From Syntrophales bacterium (GTDB lineage Bacteria > Desulfobacterota > Syntrophia > Syntrophales > UBA2192), in the NCBI GenBank assembly GCA_036725345.1, contig DAIMEJ010000009.1, positions 66,169-130,168 of the forward strand: a stretch of 64,000 nucleotides of DNA, given 5' to 3'. The notes under the pieces were generated by a model. The model was not told the origin of the DNA and did not search any database. It saw nothing but the letters and a program-made list of their open reading frames with translations. Below are positions 25,870 through 35,985 of this stretch, piece by piece (positions within the stretch are counted from its first letter, which is position 1; each line of letters begins with the position of its first letter). Both the position numbers and the translations under genes were made by a program.

Positions 25870-26092
25870 ACATACACCCTCCAGCCTTTGTCAAGCCGCA
25901 TTTCCTCTCCGCAGGGGGCTCCTGATCTCCGCCACGGCGCCGGTCTGTCCCGCGGGCTTTGGCGGCTCTACATTGCGGAAAATGAAATAATTTCCTTGAC
26001 AGAATGGCCGATTTATAATCTACAAGTGCAATTTAGCCCCATATAAAAAAAGTTGCTCTTTTCAGGGGATATGTTTATTTTACTCATCACGC

Positions 26093-26647
26093 ATGACGAC
26101 GATTAAAGTTTCCAATATCCCCGAAGAGGGGCTCAAGCTCCATTTCAGGCTGGATGGGGAAAAACTGAAGGATATCTTTAAGGTGGACCGGGGCATGGAT
26201 TTCCGTGCCCACGCCCTAGACGTGACCTGCGACGTGGTCAAGGTCCAGGAAACGGTCCGTCTGTATCTTCGTCTGGAGACGAAGATCGATTTTGACTGCG
26301 GGCGTTGCCTTGAATGCATCAGCCTGCCCGTGAGGGGCGATGCGGACTACACCCTGGTGCCTTTCACGGAGGAGACGGAGGTCGACGGGGAGTGGTCAGG
26401 CGAAGACGATGCCTTCGGGTTTTACAGGGAAGACCTGATCGACCTGGAATCCCTCGTCTACGAGCAGGTTCTTCTCCAGATTCCCCTCAAGCCCCTTTGC
26501 AGTGAGAATTGCCGGGGGCTCTGTCCCCGCTGCGGAACGAACCTGAACGTGTCCTCATGCGGCTGCAGGGAAGACCGGCCTGACAGCCCCTTTGCCGCGT
26601 TGAAGAACATGAAAATCACGAAACAAGACCAGAGAAAGAAGGTTTAA
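26093..26647 (+). CDS. yceD: YceD/DUF177 family protein (large-subunit rRNA accumulation protein)
   Basis: 184-aa ORF directly upstream of rpmF (conserved pairing), acidic, with a C-terminal Cys cluster [20 protein letters not shown]. Confidence 0.85.
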   Translation: MTTIKVSNIPEEGLKLHFRLDGEKLKDIFKVDRGMDFRAHALDVTCDVVKVQETVRLYLRLETKIDFDCGRCLECISLPVRGDADYTLVPFTEETEVDGEWSGEDDAFGFYREDLIDLESLVYEQVLLQIPLKPLCSENCRGLCPRCGTNLNVSSCGCREDRPDSPFAALKNMKITKQDQRKKV

Positions 26648-26651
26648 TGTT

Positions 26652-26837
26652 ATGCCGAACCCAGTCAAGCGACATTCAAAATCAAGAAGGAACAAGAGGC
26701 GCTCCCATGATTTTCTGAAATCCCCGGCGACCTCCGTCTGTCCGCAGTGCAACGAACCCAAGTTGCCGCATCACGCCTGCCCGAGTTGCGGATCCTACAA
26801 AGGCAGGGAAGTGACCAGCGTTGAAAAAGAGTCTTAA
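26652..26837 (+). CDS. rpmF: 50S ribosomal protein L32
   Basis: 61-aa [22 protein letters not shown]... with CPQC...CPSCG zinc ribbon. Confidence 0.96.
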   Translation: MPNPVKRHSKSRRNKRRSHDFLKSPATSVCPQCNEPKLPHHACPSCGSYKGREVTSVEKES

Positions 26838-26864
26838 TCCTCAGTGACCGGCCAGGGGGAGCAC

Positions 26865-27806
26865 ATGCGCGCACTGGGCATTGTCTTTCCCGGACAGGGC
26901 GCACAGTACGTCGGTATGGGGCGGGACCTCTACGAAGGCTTCGAGGTTGTCCGGACCACCTTTTCGGAAGCCCGGGAGATTCTGGGTTTCGATGTGGCAA
27001 CCCTCTGTTTTGAAGGCCCCCAGGAGGAGCTGGACCTCACCATCAACACGCAGATGACGATCCTGGCCCTGAATGCGGCATGCTACAGGGTCTTTGAACA
27101 TTCGACACCCTCCCGGCCCCGGGTCATGGCGGGGCACAGCCTGGGTGAATACAGCGCCCTTTGCGCCTCCGGCGCCTTGACCTTCGGCGACGTCCTGAAA
27201 CTCGTACAGGCCCGAAGCCGGCATCAGCAGGAAGCCGTTCCCGTGGGTGTGGGTTCCATGGCAGCCATCATCGGTCTCGAGCGGTCGGCTGTGGAGAATA
27301 TCTGCAGCGAGGTCTCCCTGAAGAACGGGGCGGTCACGGTGGCGAATTACAACGCGCCCGAACAGATCGTCGTCTCCGGCCTGGCCGCCGCCGTCGAGTC
27401 CGTCATGAGCCGGGCCAGGGAAAAGGGCGCCAAGAGGGCGATCCGGCTCCCCCTGAGTGTTCCCTTTCACTGCGGTTTACTGTTCGAAGCCGCGAGGCGG
27501 TTCGAAAAGGACCTGGAGGGCGTCGAGATCCGTCAGGGCGACATCCCCGTCCTTTCAAACGTCGATCCCGCGGTGGTTCACGGGCCGGACAACACAAGAG
27601 AACTCCTGACCCGTCACATCACGGCCCCCGTGAGATGGCAGGAAACGATCGAGAAGATGGCCCTCATGGGTATCGACACGATCGTGGAAATGGGCCCACG
27701 CAAAATTTTGTCGGCCCTTTCCAAGCGGATCGACGGCCGGATCCGGATGCTCAACGTGGAGGACCGGGATTCGCTGAAGAAGACCCTGGAGTTTCTCAAC
27801 CCATGA
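26865..27806 (+). CDS. fabD: Malonyl-CoA:ACP transacylase
   Basis: Trimmed to MRALGIVFPGQGAQYVGMG. Active-site GHSLGEYSA. 313 aa. Confidence 0.95.
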   Translation: MRALGIVFPGQGAQYVGMGRDLYEGFEVVRTTFSEAREILGFDVATLCFEGPQEELDLTINTQMTILALNAACYRVFEHSTPSRPRVMAGHSLGEYSALCASGALTFGDVLKLVQARSRHQQEAVPVGVGSMAAIIGLERSAVENICSEVSLKNGAVTVANYNAPEQIVVSGLAAAVESVMSRAREKGAKRAIRLPLSVPFHCGLLFEAARRFEKDLEGVEIRQGDIPVLSNVDPAVVHGPDNTRELLTRHITAPVRWQETIEKMALMGIDTIVEMGPRKILSALSKRIDGRIRMLNVEDRDSLKKTLEFLNP

Positions 27807-28558
27807 AAAATCAACCGTCGCTCCAGGACAAAGTGGCCCTCGTCACGGGCGGGTCGAGGGGCATCGGCAGGGCGATCACTCTGAAGCTCGCCGGCCTGGG
27901 GGCTTACGTCATCGTCAATTACGTGAAAAACCTCGCGGCGGCCGAGGAGACGCTAGCCCTGGTCCGGACCGGGGGCGGCAACGGCGAGGTGCTGCAATTC
28001 GACGTCGCCGACACCGAAGGCACGAGAAAGGTGATCGCGGAGGTTATCGCCCGCAAAGGGAAAATCGACATCCTGGTCAACAACGCAGGCACGTCGGCCG
28101 ACGGGCTCCTGGTCCGGATGAAAGACCGGGACTGGGAATCGGTGATCCGCACGAACCTGACCGGGACCTACAACTGCTGCCGTGCCGTCGCGTATGCCAT
28201 GATGAAGCGCCGGTGGGGACGGATCATCAACATCACGTCCGTCGTCGCGGCGTCCGGAAACGCCGGGCAGGTCAACTACAGCGCATCGAAGGCGGGGATT
28301 ATCGGGCTGACCAAATCACTGGCGCGGGAACTCGGACCCCGGAACATCTGCGTCAACGCCGTGGCCCCGGGGTTCATCCTGACCGATATGACCGAATCCC
28401 TGCCGGCAGAGGTCCGGGGGCAGATCAGGGAACAAATCCCCCTCTCGAAGCCGGGCACGCCGGAAGACGTGGGCGCCCTCGTCGCCTTTCTGGCGACGGA
28501 GGAAGCCGCCTATATCACGGGCCAGGTCATCCACGTCAACGGGGGGCTTTACATGTAA
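27803..28558 (+). CDS. fabG: 3-oxoacyl-ACP reductase
   Basis: Real gene is the last 251 aa of ORF 27161..28558. The start MKNQPSLQDKVALVTGGSRGIGRA overlaps the fabD stop (ATGA). Catalytic YSASKAG present. Confidence 0.95.
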   Translation: MKNQPSLQDKVALVTGGSRGIGRAITLKLAGLGAYVIVNYVKNLAAAEETLALVRTGGGNGEVLQFDVADTEGTRKVIAEVIARKGKIDILVNNAGTSADGLLVRMKDRDWESVIRTNLTGTYNCCRAVAYAMMKRRWGRIINITSVVAASGNAGQVNYSASKAGIIGLTKSLARELGPRNICVNAVAPGFILTDMTESLPAEVRGQIREQIPLSKPGTPEDVGALVAFLATEEAAYITGQVIHVNGGLYM

Positions 28559-28657
28559 GACACCGCCGATCCCGGAATCGCCGGGTGCGGTTGCCGAAGG
28601 GAAAGAGACCGCTAAATCGCGAAGGACATACCGATCTACAGAAGGAGGTTTGAGTTC

Positions 28658-28900
28658 ATGTCAATCGAAGACAAGGTCGTAGAAATTATCATGGAGCAGC
28701 TGGATGTCACGAAAGAAGAATGTGTCCCTGAGGCTTCATTCATTGATGATCTGGGCGCGGATTCGCTGGATATCGTCGAACTCATCATGGCCCTGGAGGA
28801 AAATTTCAGTATCGAGATTACCGACGACGAGTTGCGAAAGATCAGGACGATTCAGGATTCCATCAATTTCATCAAGAAAAAAAAGGGGATGCTGAGCTGA
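28658..28900 (+). CDS. acpP: Acyl carrier protein
   Basis: 80-aa ORF with the phosphopantetheine site [11 protein letters not shown]. Confidence 0.96.
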   Translation: MSIEDKVVEIIMEQLDVTKEECVPEASFIDDLGADSLDIVELIMALEENFSIEITDDELRKIRTIQDSINFIKKKKGMLS

Positions 28901-28919
28901 GAAAGAACGGGGAAAGCGA

Positions 28920-30161
28920 TTGAAGCGCAGGGTGGTCATAACGGGGCTCGGCACGGTGAATCCGCTGGGCAACAGCGTCCGCGATGCCTGGGGGGCCCTG
29001 TGCGCCGGCCGGTCCGGCATCTCGCCCATCACCAAGTTTGATGCGGCCGACTTCCAGACCCGAATCGCGGGAGAGCTGAAGCACTTCGACGCCCTACAGT
29101 TCGTCAACAAGAAGGAGCGCCGCCGCTACGACGATTTTATCATTTACGCCCTGGCCGGCGCCGAGATGGCCCTGGCCGACGCCGGGCTTTCCATCGGAGA
29201 CGGAACGGCGGAGCGAACGGGTGTCATCGTCGGGTCGGGCATCGGCGGCCTGGCAACGATCGAAAAATTGAAGGAAACATTGCAGCGGCAGGGACCGGGG
29301 AAACTCTCCCCTTTTGCCGTTCCGTCGGTCCTCGCAAATCTCGCCGCCGGTCACGTTTCGATTCGTTTCGGGGCAAAGGGACCCATCAACTGCACCGTGA
29401 CGGCCTGCGCGGCGGGCACCAACGCCATCGGCGAAGCCCTCTGGATCATCCAGCGCGGGCACGCCGATGCGATGATTGCCGGCGGCACGGAAGCCGCCAT
29501 CTGCCCGCTGACGATAGCCGGCTTTAACGCCATGCGGGCGCTTTCGGTAAGAAACGATTTGCCTGAAGCGGCCAGCCGGCCCTTCGACCGGGATCGTGAC
29601 GGCTTTGTCATCGGGGAAGGCTGCGGGATCCTGATCCTGGAGGAACTGGGTGAGGCCCTGAAGAGGGGTGCACGGATCTACGCGGAGATCGCGGGTTTCG
29701 GCCTGACCAGCGACGCCTTCCACATGGCCGCGCCGCCTCCGGGTCACGAGGGGGCCGCCAGATCCATGCGGCTCGCCCTGCAGGATGCCGGGATGGCACC
29801 CGAAGAGATCGACTACATCAACGCCCACGGGACTTCGACGCCGCTCAACGATCTCTACGAGACGCAGGCCATCAAGGCGGTCTTTGGTCCCCATAGCCGG
29901 AACCTCCTGGTGAGTTCCACGAAGTCCATGACGGGACATCTCCTGGGCGGGGCCGGGGGGGTGGAGGCCATTGTGTGCGCCATGGCGATCCAAGACGGCG
30001 TGATACCGCCGACAATCAACCTGGACCACCCGGACGCGGGGTGTGACCTCGACTATGTTCCCCACCGGTCGAGAAAGCGCGAGGTCCGGGCGGCGCTATC
30101 CAACACCTTCGGGTTCGGCGGCGTGAACGCCGTCCTTCTTTTCAGAAAATTCACGGGGTAG
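28920..30161 (+). CDS. fabF: 3-oxoacyl-ACP synthase II
   Basis: 413-aa ORF (TTG start), KRRVVITGLG N-terminus, active-site TACAAG, His-His region (HGTSTPLND, GHLLGGAG). Confidence 0.95.
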   Translation: MKRRVVITGLGTVNPLGNSVRDAWGALCAGRSGISPITKFDAADFQTRIAGELKHFDALQFVNKKERRRYDDFIIYALAGAEMALADAGLSIGDGTAERTGVIVGSGIGGLATIEKLKETLQRQGPGKLSPFAVPSVLANLAAGHVSIRFGAKGPINCTVTACAAGTNAIGEALWIIQRGHADAMIAGGTEAAICPLTIAGFNAMRALSVRNDLPEAASRPFDRDRDGFVIGEGCGILILEELGEALKRGARIYAEIAGFGLTSDAFHMAAPPPGHEGAARSMRLALQDAGMAPEEIDYINAHGTSTPLNDLYETQAIKAVFGPHSRNLLVSSTKSMTGHLLGGAGGVEAIVCAMAIQDGVIPPTINLDHPDAGCDLDYVPHRSRKREVRAALSNTFGFGGVNAVLLFRKFTG

Positions 30162-30171
30162 AGACAGGGCC

Positions 30172-30627
30172 ATGAAAATCGTGATAGGGTCGGATCACGC
30201 GGGGCTTTCTCTCAAGGAAGAACTCAAAGAATTCCTGGGGACCATCGGCATACGGGCCCACGACGTGGGGACACACAGCGACCAGGCATCGGATTACCCC
30301 GACTACGCCGCGAAGGTGGCCGAGGCGGTCTCCACGGGGCAGTTCCAGAGAGGGATCCTCGTCTGCGGTTCCGGCGTCGGCATGGCCATCGCGGCCAACA
30401 AGTTCCCCAACATCAGGGCCGCCGTCTGCCTCGACGAGGAAACGGCGCGCTTCAGCCGGTGCCACAACGACACCAATGTCATCGCCTTTGCGGGGCGAAG
30501 AACGGATACGGAGACCGCCCAGAGAATTTTGAAGACATGGCTGGAGACGGAATTCGAGGGGGGCCGCCATAAAGCCCGCCTGGACAAGATCCGGGACATC
30601 GAGCGGCGTCTCAGCGGGAAGTATTAG
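30172..30627 (+). CDS. rpiB: Ribose-5-phosphate isomerase B
   Basis: 151-aa [14 protein letters not shown]...[17 protein letters not shown], the RpiB/LacAB family signature. Confidence 0.92.
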   Translation: MKIVIGSDHAGLSLKEELKEFLGTIGIRAHDVGTHSDQASDYPDYAAKVAEAVSTGQFQRGILVCGSGVGMAIAANKFPNIRAAVCLDEETARFSRCHNDTNVIAFAGRRTDTETAQRILKTWLETEFEGGRHKARLDKIRDIERRLSGKY

Positions 30628-30652
30628 ACGAAAGAGGAGGAATCACCACGAT

Positions 30653-31915
30653 ATGTCCATATTAAAGAAAATCGACCCCGAAGTCGCAGAGGCCATCTGG
30701 CAGGAAACCAAAAGACAGGCGGAGAAGCTCGAGCTCATCCCCTCCGAGAATTTCGTGGATGAAGCGGTCCTCGAGGCCCAGGGCTGCATCATGACCAACA
30801 AGTACGCCGAGGGCTATCCGGGAAAGAGATATTACTACGGCTGCGAGTATGTCGATGTCGTCGAGGCGCTGGCCATCGATCGGTGCAAGAAGCTCTTCGG
30901 TTGCGGCCACGCCAACGTCCAGCCCCATTCCGGGACGCAGGCCAACATGGCCGTCTACTTCGCCACCCTGCAGCCCGGGGACACCATCCTCGGCATGAAC
31001 CTCGCGCACGGCGGTCATCTCTCCCACGGAAGCCCCGCTAATTTCTCGGGACGGCTCTACAAAGTCGTCCACTACGGGGTCGACCGCAAAACCGAGACCA
31101 TCGACTTCAACGAGGTGGAGTCCCAGGCCAAGAAACACCGACCCAAGATCATCGTCGTGGGGGCAAGCGCCTATCCCCGGACGATCCCCTTCGAACCCTT
31201 CCGGGCGATCGCGGACCAGGTGGGGGCCGTGGTCATGGCCGACATCGCCCACATCGCGGGCATGGTGGCCGTGGGCATCCACCCCACGCCGGTCCCCCAC
31301 TGCGAGTTCGTGACGACGACAACCCATAAAACCCTCCGGGGTCCGCGGGGCGGTCTCATCATGTGCCGGAATGATTATATTAAGATTCTGGACAGCCGTG
31401 TCTTCCCCGGGAGCCAGGGCGGCCCGCTCATGCACATCATCGCCGCCAAGGCCGTGGCCCTGAAGGAAGCCCTGACGGAGGAGTTCAGGACTTATCAGCA
31501 CCAGTTGGTTCGAAATGCCAGGGTCCTGGCCGAAACCCTGATCGCCGAGGGTTTCCGCCTGGTCTCCGGCGGAACGGACAACCACCTCATGCTCATCGAC
31601 GTATCGGGCAAGGGGATCACGGGCCTGGAGGGCGGTGCGGCCCTGGACAAGGCGGGGATTACCGCCAACATGAACATGATCCCCTTCGACACGAAGGGCC
31701 CCCAGGTGACCAGCGGCGTCCGGATCGGGACACCGGCCATCACCACCCGGGGGATGAAGGAAGAAGAGATGAAAGCCGTCGGCCGGATGATCGCCCACGT
31801 CCTGAAGGACGTGAAGGACGAACGCCGCCAGAAGGAGGTGCGGGAGCAGGTCCGCCTTCTCTGCGAGAAGTTTCCCCTTTACAGGGACCGGATCCTCCGC
31901 CACCAGGAACCATGA
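30653..31915 (+). CDS. glyA: Serine hydroxymethyltransferase
   Basis: 420-aa ORF with PLP-lysine region [15 protein letters not shown]. Confidence 0.97.
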   Translation: MSILKKIDPEVAEAIWQETKRQAEKLELIPSENFVDEAVLEAQGCIMTNKYAEGYPGKRYYYGCEYVDVVEALAIDRCKKLFGCGHANVQPHSGTQANMAVYFATLQPGDTILGMNLAHGGHLSHGSPANFSGRLYKVVHYGVDRKTETIDFNEVESQAKKHRPKIIVVGASAYPRTIPFEPFRAIADQVGAVVMADIAHIAGMVAVGIHPTPVPHCEFVTTTTHKTLRGPRGGLIMCRNDYIKILDSRVFPGSQGGPLMHIIAAKAVALKEALTEEFRTYQHQLVRNARVLAETLIAEGFRLVSGGTDNHLMLIDVSGKGITGLEGGAALDKAGITANMNMIPFDTKGPQVTSGVRIGTPAITTRGMKEEEMKAVGRMIAHVLKDVKDERRQKEVREQVRLLCEKFPLYRDRILRHQEP

Positions 31916-32406
31916 GCCGGAAAACAGACGTCAGCATCAAGAAGATCGCCAAACCCGTAACGACGAAGGTCCGCCCGAGCTGGGACGAGTACTTCATGGA
32001 CATCGTGGCGCTCGTGGCCCGGCGGTCCACATGCTTGAGACGCGACGTCGGCGCCGTCATCGTCAAGGACAAACGGCTCCTCACGACGGGGTATAACGGG
32101 GCGCCCAGCGGGCTTCGCCACTGCCTGGAGACGGGCTGCCTGAGGGAGCAGATGAACATTTCTTCGGGGGAGCGCCACGAACTCTGCCGGGGTCTCCACG
32201 CGGAGCAGAACGCCATCATCCAGGCCGCCGTCCACGGCGTGAGCATCAAGGGAGCGACGCTCTACTGCACCAGCCACCCCTGCGCAATCTGCCTGAAGAT
32301 GATCATCAACGCCGGTATCACCACCATCGTTTACCGGGAAGGATACAGCGACAGACTGGCCGGGCAGATGCTCGAGGAAACCGGCATCGAGGCAAAGAAA
32401 CTATGA
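31912..32406 (+). CDS. dCMP/cytidine deaminase family protein (ComEB-like)
   Basis: 164-aa ORF with zinc-binding HAEQNAI and PCAICLKMI motifs. Start overlaps the glyA stop (ATGA). Confidence 0.88.
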   Translation: MSRKTDVSIKKIAKPVTTKVRPSWDEYFMDIVALVARRSTCLRRDVGAVIVKDKRLLTTGYNGAPSGLRHCLETGCLREQMNISSGERHELCRGLHAEQNAIIQAAVHGVSIKGATLYCTSHPCAICLKMIINAGITTIVYREGYSDRLAGQMLEETGIEAKKL

Positions 32407-32930
32407 AGTGTCCTTTCTGCGCCAACCCCGCGAACAAGGTGATCGACTCCCGCATCAGCAAGGAGGGAAACGCCATCCGTCGCCGCAGGGAGTGCCTCGG
32501 CTGCGGCAAGCGGTTCACCACCTACGAATTCGTCGAGGAAGTCCTCCCCGTCGTCGTCAAGAAGGACGGCCGGCGCGAGTCCTTCGACCGGACCAAGATT
32601 CTGTCGGGAATCAAGAAGGCCTGTGAAAAGCGGCCGATCAGCATGGACGCCATCGAGGCCGCCGTGGATCGGATCGAACAGGCTTGCCAGGAATCCCAGG
32701 TCAAAGAGATCCCCTCCTCCTTCATCGGCGAGCGCGTCATGGCGGAGCTTCACAACCTCGACAAGGTGGCCTATGTCCGTTTCGCCTCGGTTTACCGTCA
32801 GTTCCGCGACGCCACGGAGTTCCTCGAAGAGCTGAAGGGGATCCTGAACCTCAAGGAGGACAAGGGCGAAAACAAGACACGCGCCGAGAAACCGGCAGAG
32901 GAAAAGAATTCCCGTCGAAGCTCGGGGTAA
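32403..32930 (+). CDS. nrdR: Transcriptional repressor NrdR
   Basis: 175-aa [20 protein letters not shown]...[12 protein letters not shown] zinc ribbon plus ATP-cone region. Confidence 0.95.
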   Translation: MKCPFCANPANKVIDSRISKEGNAIRRRRECLGCGKRFTTYEFVEEVLPVVVKKDGRRESFDRTKILSGIKKACEKRPISMDAIEAAVDRIEQACQESQVKEIPSSFIGERVMAELHNLDKVAYVRFASVYRQFRDATEFLEELKGILNLKEDKGENKTRAEKPAEEKNSRRSSG

Positions 32931-32934
32931 AGCC

Positions 32935-33570
32935 ATGTTCACAGGCATCATCCAGGGATTGGGCACGGTCAGGCGAATGACCCGCAAGGGTCAGGACGCC
33001 GTCATGGGCGTGGAAACGGCGGTTCCCCTGAACGATCTGAAGGAGGGGGACAGTATCGCCGTCAACGGCGCGTGCCTCACGATTACGTCGATTTCCGGCC
33101 AGGCCTTCACCGCCGACGTGTCCGCCGAAACGCTCGCGAGGACGAATCTGCAATCCCTGAAGGTCGGGGAGCGGGTCAACCTGGAAAAGGCCCTCCGGCT
33201 CGCGGATTTCCTCGGGGGGCATATCGTCCTCGGGCACATCGACGGTCCGGGCAGGATTGTCGAGAGGACCCCGAAGGCGGGTTCCATCGTCCTGGGGGTG
33301 GTGGTGGAGGAGGGACTGGGACGTTACATTGTGGAAAAAGGATCCATCGCCGTCGACGGGATCAGCCTGACGGTCAACCGTTTTGCGAAAGACCGGTTTT
33401 ATGTTAATATCATCCCGCACACGATAGAGAACACCACCCTGTCGTTCAAAAGGGCGGGGGATTCCGTCAACATCGAGACGGATATTCTCGGGAAATACGT
33501 GGAGAAGCTCCTCCGGCCCGGGGGGCGCATCGACATGGATTTTCTCCGCGAACACGGATTTGTAAAGTAG
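32935..33570 (+). CDS. ribE: Riboflavin synthase (alpha chain)
   Basis: 211-aa ORF MFTGIIQGLGTV... with an internal duplication (GDSIAVNGACLT / GSIAVDGISLT). Confidence 0.95.
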   Translation: MFTGIIQGLGTVRRMTRKGQDAVMGVETAVPLNDLKEGDSIAVNGACLTITSISGQAFTADVSAETLARTNLQSLKVGERVNLEKALRLADFLGGHIVLGHIDGPGRIVERTPKAGSIVLGVVVEEGLGRYIVEKGSIAVDGISLTVNRFAKDRFYVNIIPHTIENTTLSFKRAGDSVNIETDILGKYVEKLLRPGGRIDMDFLREHGFVK

Positions 33571-33600
33571 GAGCAAGAAGATACTCTAACAAACAGGTTT

Positions 33601-33727
33601 AACGGCTGTTCAAAAATGGCCGGTTGCAAGGCCCCCGAATGCCCGAGGAGGGAGGCGTACTTTGTGCGTACGTTGACCGACGAGGGCGGAGGGAAACGCA
33701 GCAGATGGGCGTTTTTCAACAGCCGCT
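33601..33727. repeat. TIR-bounded approx 127-bp element (MITE/REP-like repeat or structured leader) in the ribE-ribBA spacer
   Basis: Left end cggctgttcaaaaatggcc (33603-33621) is a near-perfect inverted copy of right end ggcgtttttcaacagccg (33709-33726). The interior has two purine-rich direct motifs (ccgaggagggaggcg / cgacgagggcggaggg) flanking a small hairpin cgtac-tttgtgc-gtacg. Confidence 0.5.
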
Positions 33728-33741
33728 CAGAAGGATAAGAT

Positions 33742-34944
33742 ATGGCAACCAGCAAAATCGAAGACGCAATCGAGGACATTCGAAACGGCAAAATGATCAT
33801 TCTCGTCGACGACGAGGACCGGGAGAACGAGGGGGACCTCTGCATGGCCTCGGAGTTCGTCACCCCCGAGGCCATCAACTTCATGGCCAGGTACGGCCGA
33901 GGCCTGATCTGTCTCACCCTCAGTGACGAGTACATGGAACGTCTGAAGATTCCCATGATGGTCTCGGACAACCAGTCCCGCTTCAAGACGGCCTTCACGG
34001 TGTCGATCGAGGCCAAGCGCGGCGTCACCACAGGCATTTCTGCCGCCGATCGGGCCACGACGGTCCGCACAGCCATCGCCGACGACGCGAAGCCCGAGGA
34101 CATCGTTAGCCCCGGCCACGTTTTCCCGATCCTGGCCAAGAAGGGCGGCGTTCTCGTCCGGACGGGACAGACGGAAGGATCCGTGGATCTCGCGAGGCTG
34201 GCGGGACTGAAGTCCACGGGGGTCATCTGCGAGATCATGAACGACGACGGCACCATGGCCCGGATGCCCGACCTCGAAATCTTCGCTCAGCAGCACGGCC
34301 TGAAGATCGCCACCATCGCCGACCTCATCACCTACCGGATGAAGAACGAATCCCTGGTGCGAAGGGCCGCCACGGCGAAGCTGCCGACGGCCTACGGGGG
34401 CGAATTCAGGTTCATCGTCTATGAGAACGACGTCGACGAAATGAAACACGTCGCCCTCGTCAAAGGCGACATCAACCCCGATGACGCGGTGCTCGTGAGG
34501 GTTCATTCCGAGTGCCTGACAGGGGATGTCTTCGGATCCATGCGATGCGATTGCGGGGAACAGCTTCAGGCGGCCATGGAGATGGTCGCCAAGGAGGGCA
34601 AGGGCGTCATCGTTTACATGCACCAGGAGGGGCGGGGCATCGGCCTCGTCAACAAGGTCAAGGCCTATGAGCTTCAGGAACTCGGCAAGGACACGGTCGA
34701 GGCCAACCTCGAACTCGGCTTCAAGGAGGATCTGAGGGATTACGGGATCGGGGCCCAGATCCTCGTGGATCTGGGCGTGAGAAAGATCCGCCTTCTCACC
34801 AACAACCCCAAAAAGGTCGTCGGTCTCGAAGGTTACGGGATGACCATCGTGGAAAGGGTTCCCATCGAGATGCAGCCGAACAAGGTGAATGTGCGCTACC
34901 TGAAGACGAAAAAGGAAAAAATGGGGCACCTGTTAAAAATCTGA
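33742..34944 (+). CDS. ribBA: Bifunctional 3,4-dihydroxy-2-butanone-4-phosphate synthase / GTP cyclohydrolase II
   Basis: 400-aa ORF. N-terminal DHBP synthase half (DDEDRENEGDL) and C-terminal GCH II half (VRVHSECLTGDVFGSMRCDCG). Confidence 0.96.
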   Translation: MATSKIEDAIEDIRNGKMIILVDDEDRENEGDLCMASEFVTPEAINFMARYGRGLICLTLSDEYMERLKIPMMVSDNQSRFKTAFTVSIEAKRGVTTGISAADRATTVRTAIADDAKPEDIVSPGHVFPILAKKGGVLVRTGQTEGSVDLARLAGLKSTGVICEIMNDDGTMARMPDLEIFAQQHGLKIATIADLITYRMKNESLVRRAATAKLPTAYGGEFRFIVYENDVDEMKHVALVKGDINPDDAVLVRVHSECLTGDVFGSMRCDCGEQLQAAMEMVAKEGKGVIVYMHQEGRGIGLVNKVKAYELQELGKDTVEANLELGFKEDLRDYGIGAQILVDLGVRKIRLLTNNPKKVVGLEGYGMTIVERVPIEMQPNKVNVRYLKTKKEKMGHLLKI

Positions 34945-34959
34945 GGCAGGAGAATAATT

Positions 34960-35427
34960 ATGGGCAAAGTCATAGAGGGGAAAATTTTAGCCAAGGGGAT
35001 GCGGTTCGGGATCGTGGCCAGCCGCTTCAACGATTTCATCTCGGCGAAACTGATCGAGGGAGCCCTGGACGCCCTGACAAGGGCCGGCGCCGATGACAAG
35101 GACATCACGGTCGCGAAGGTGCCGGGCGCTTTCGAGATCCCCCTGGCGGCGAAGCGGATGGCCCGCACGGGCAAGGTGGACGCCGTCATCTGCCTGGGGG
35201 CCGTGATACGGGGCGCCACGCCTCACTTCGAATACATCAGCGCGGAGGTGTCCAAGGGAATCGCCACCGTGGCCCTCGAGACGGAAGTGCCCGTTGTCTT
35301 CGGTGTCATCACGACCGACACCATCGAACAGGCCATCGAGCGGGCCGGGACGAAGTCCGGGAACAAGGGTTTCGACGCCGCCCTGTCGGCCGTCGAGATG
35401 GTGGATCTCTTCAGAAAGATGAAATAG
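34960..35427 (+). CDS. ribH: 6,7-dimethyl-8-ribityllumazine synthase
   Basis: 155-aa ORF with [18 protein letters not shown] and THFEY-like (TPHFEYI) motifs. Confidence 0.96.
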   Translation: MGKVIEGKILAKGMRFGIVASRFNDFISAKLIEGALDALTRAGADDKDITVAKVPGAFEIPLAAKRMARTGKVDAVICLGAVIRGATPHFEYISAEVSKGIATVALETEVPVVFGVITTDTIEQAIERAGTKSGNKGFDAALSAVEMVDLFRKMK

Positions 35428-35476
35428 GATGACGGTCCCGGCAGGACGCACCCGCCCTGTCACGATCAACATCACG

Positions 35477-35514
35477 GATCCGCGGAGCATCCCGCCGAAG
35501 CACCTCCGCGGATC
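35477..35514 (+). other. Perfect 11-bp inverted repeat (hairpin) in the ribH-nusB spacer
   Basis: gatccgcggag (35477-35487), 16 nt, ctccgcggatc (35504-35514). No trailing U-tract. Confidence 0.6.
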
Positions 35515-35529
35515 GAGCCGGATAAAACG

Positions 35530-35985
35530 ATGCGCCGCAGACGGAAGGCAAGGGAAATTGCCTTGCAGGTTCTTTATCAGATCGATGTCCTGAACATTGA
35601 CGCCGGTGAAGCTGTGGACCTTTTCTGGAGTCATTTCAGCGGACCCGAGGAAGCCAGAAAATACTCCACCGAACTCATCGAGGGAACCTGCAGCCACCGG
35701 GAGGAAATCGACCGGCTCATCTGCAGCTGCTCCGAGAACTGGTCTCTCGAACGGATGGCCCGTGTCGACAGGAATATCCTCCGGCTGGCCGTTTACGAGC
35801 TTCTGTACTGCCGGAACGTTCCGCCGAAAGTGACCCTGAACGAAGCGATTGATCTCGGGAAGGATTACGGCTCGGAAAACTCGGGTTCTTTCATCAACGG
35901 CATCCTCGACGCCCTCTACGCAAAGATACGCGGTCCGCATGCAGATCAAGATATCAACGGAGCCCCTGGACATCCTGAGTCCTGA
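35530..35985 (+). CDS. nusB: Transcription antitermination factor NusB
   Basis: 151-aa ORF MRRRRKAREIALQVLYQIDV... Position ribH-nusB. Confidence 0.95.
   Translation: MRRRRKAREIALQVLYQIDVLNIDAGEAVDLFWSHFSGPEEARKYSTELIEGTCSHREEIDRLICSCSENWSLERMARVDRNILRLAVYELLYCRNVPPKVTLNEAIDLGKDYGSENSGSFINGILDALYAKIRGPHADQDINGAPGHPES

Noticed and set aside
25996-26019. TTGACA ... TATAAT pair upstream of yceD as a consensus promoter.
   Set aside because: Both hexamers are perfect, but the spacer is only 12 nt, incompatible with sigma70 geometry. A real promoter may exist nearby but this pairing is not it.
27161-27802. 214-aa N-terminal extension that turns fabG into a 465-aa ORF.
   Set aside because: The extension lies in an alternative frame across fabD and is Arg/Gly-rich nonsense. 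The canonical FabG N-terminus (MKNQPSLQDKVALVTGGSRGIG) starts at 27803 with an ATGA overlap to fabD.
33571-33741. FMN (RFN) riboswitch upstream of ribBA.
   Set aside because: The location is right, but I could not find the conserved RFN core segments (GGGGCAGGGTGAAATTCCC / CCGGCGGT / AGTCTGGATGGGAGA-like). Only a terminal inverted repeat is present. It is kept as an unclassified element pending a cmscan.
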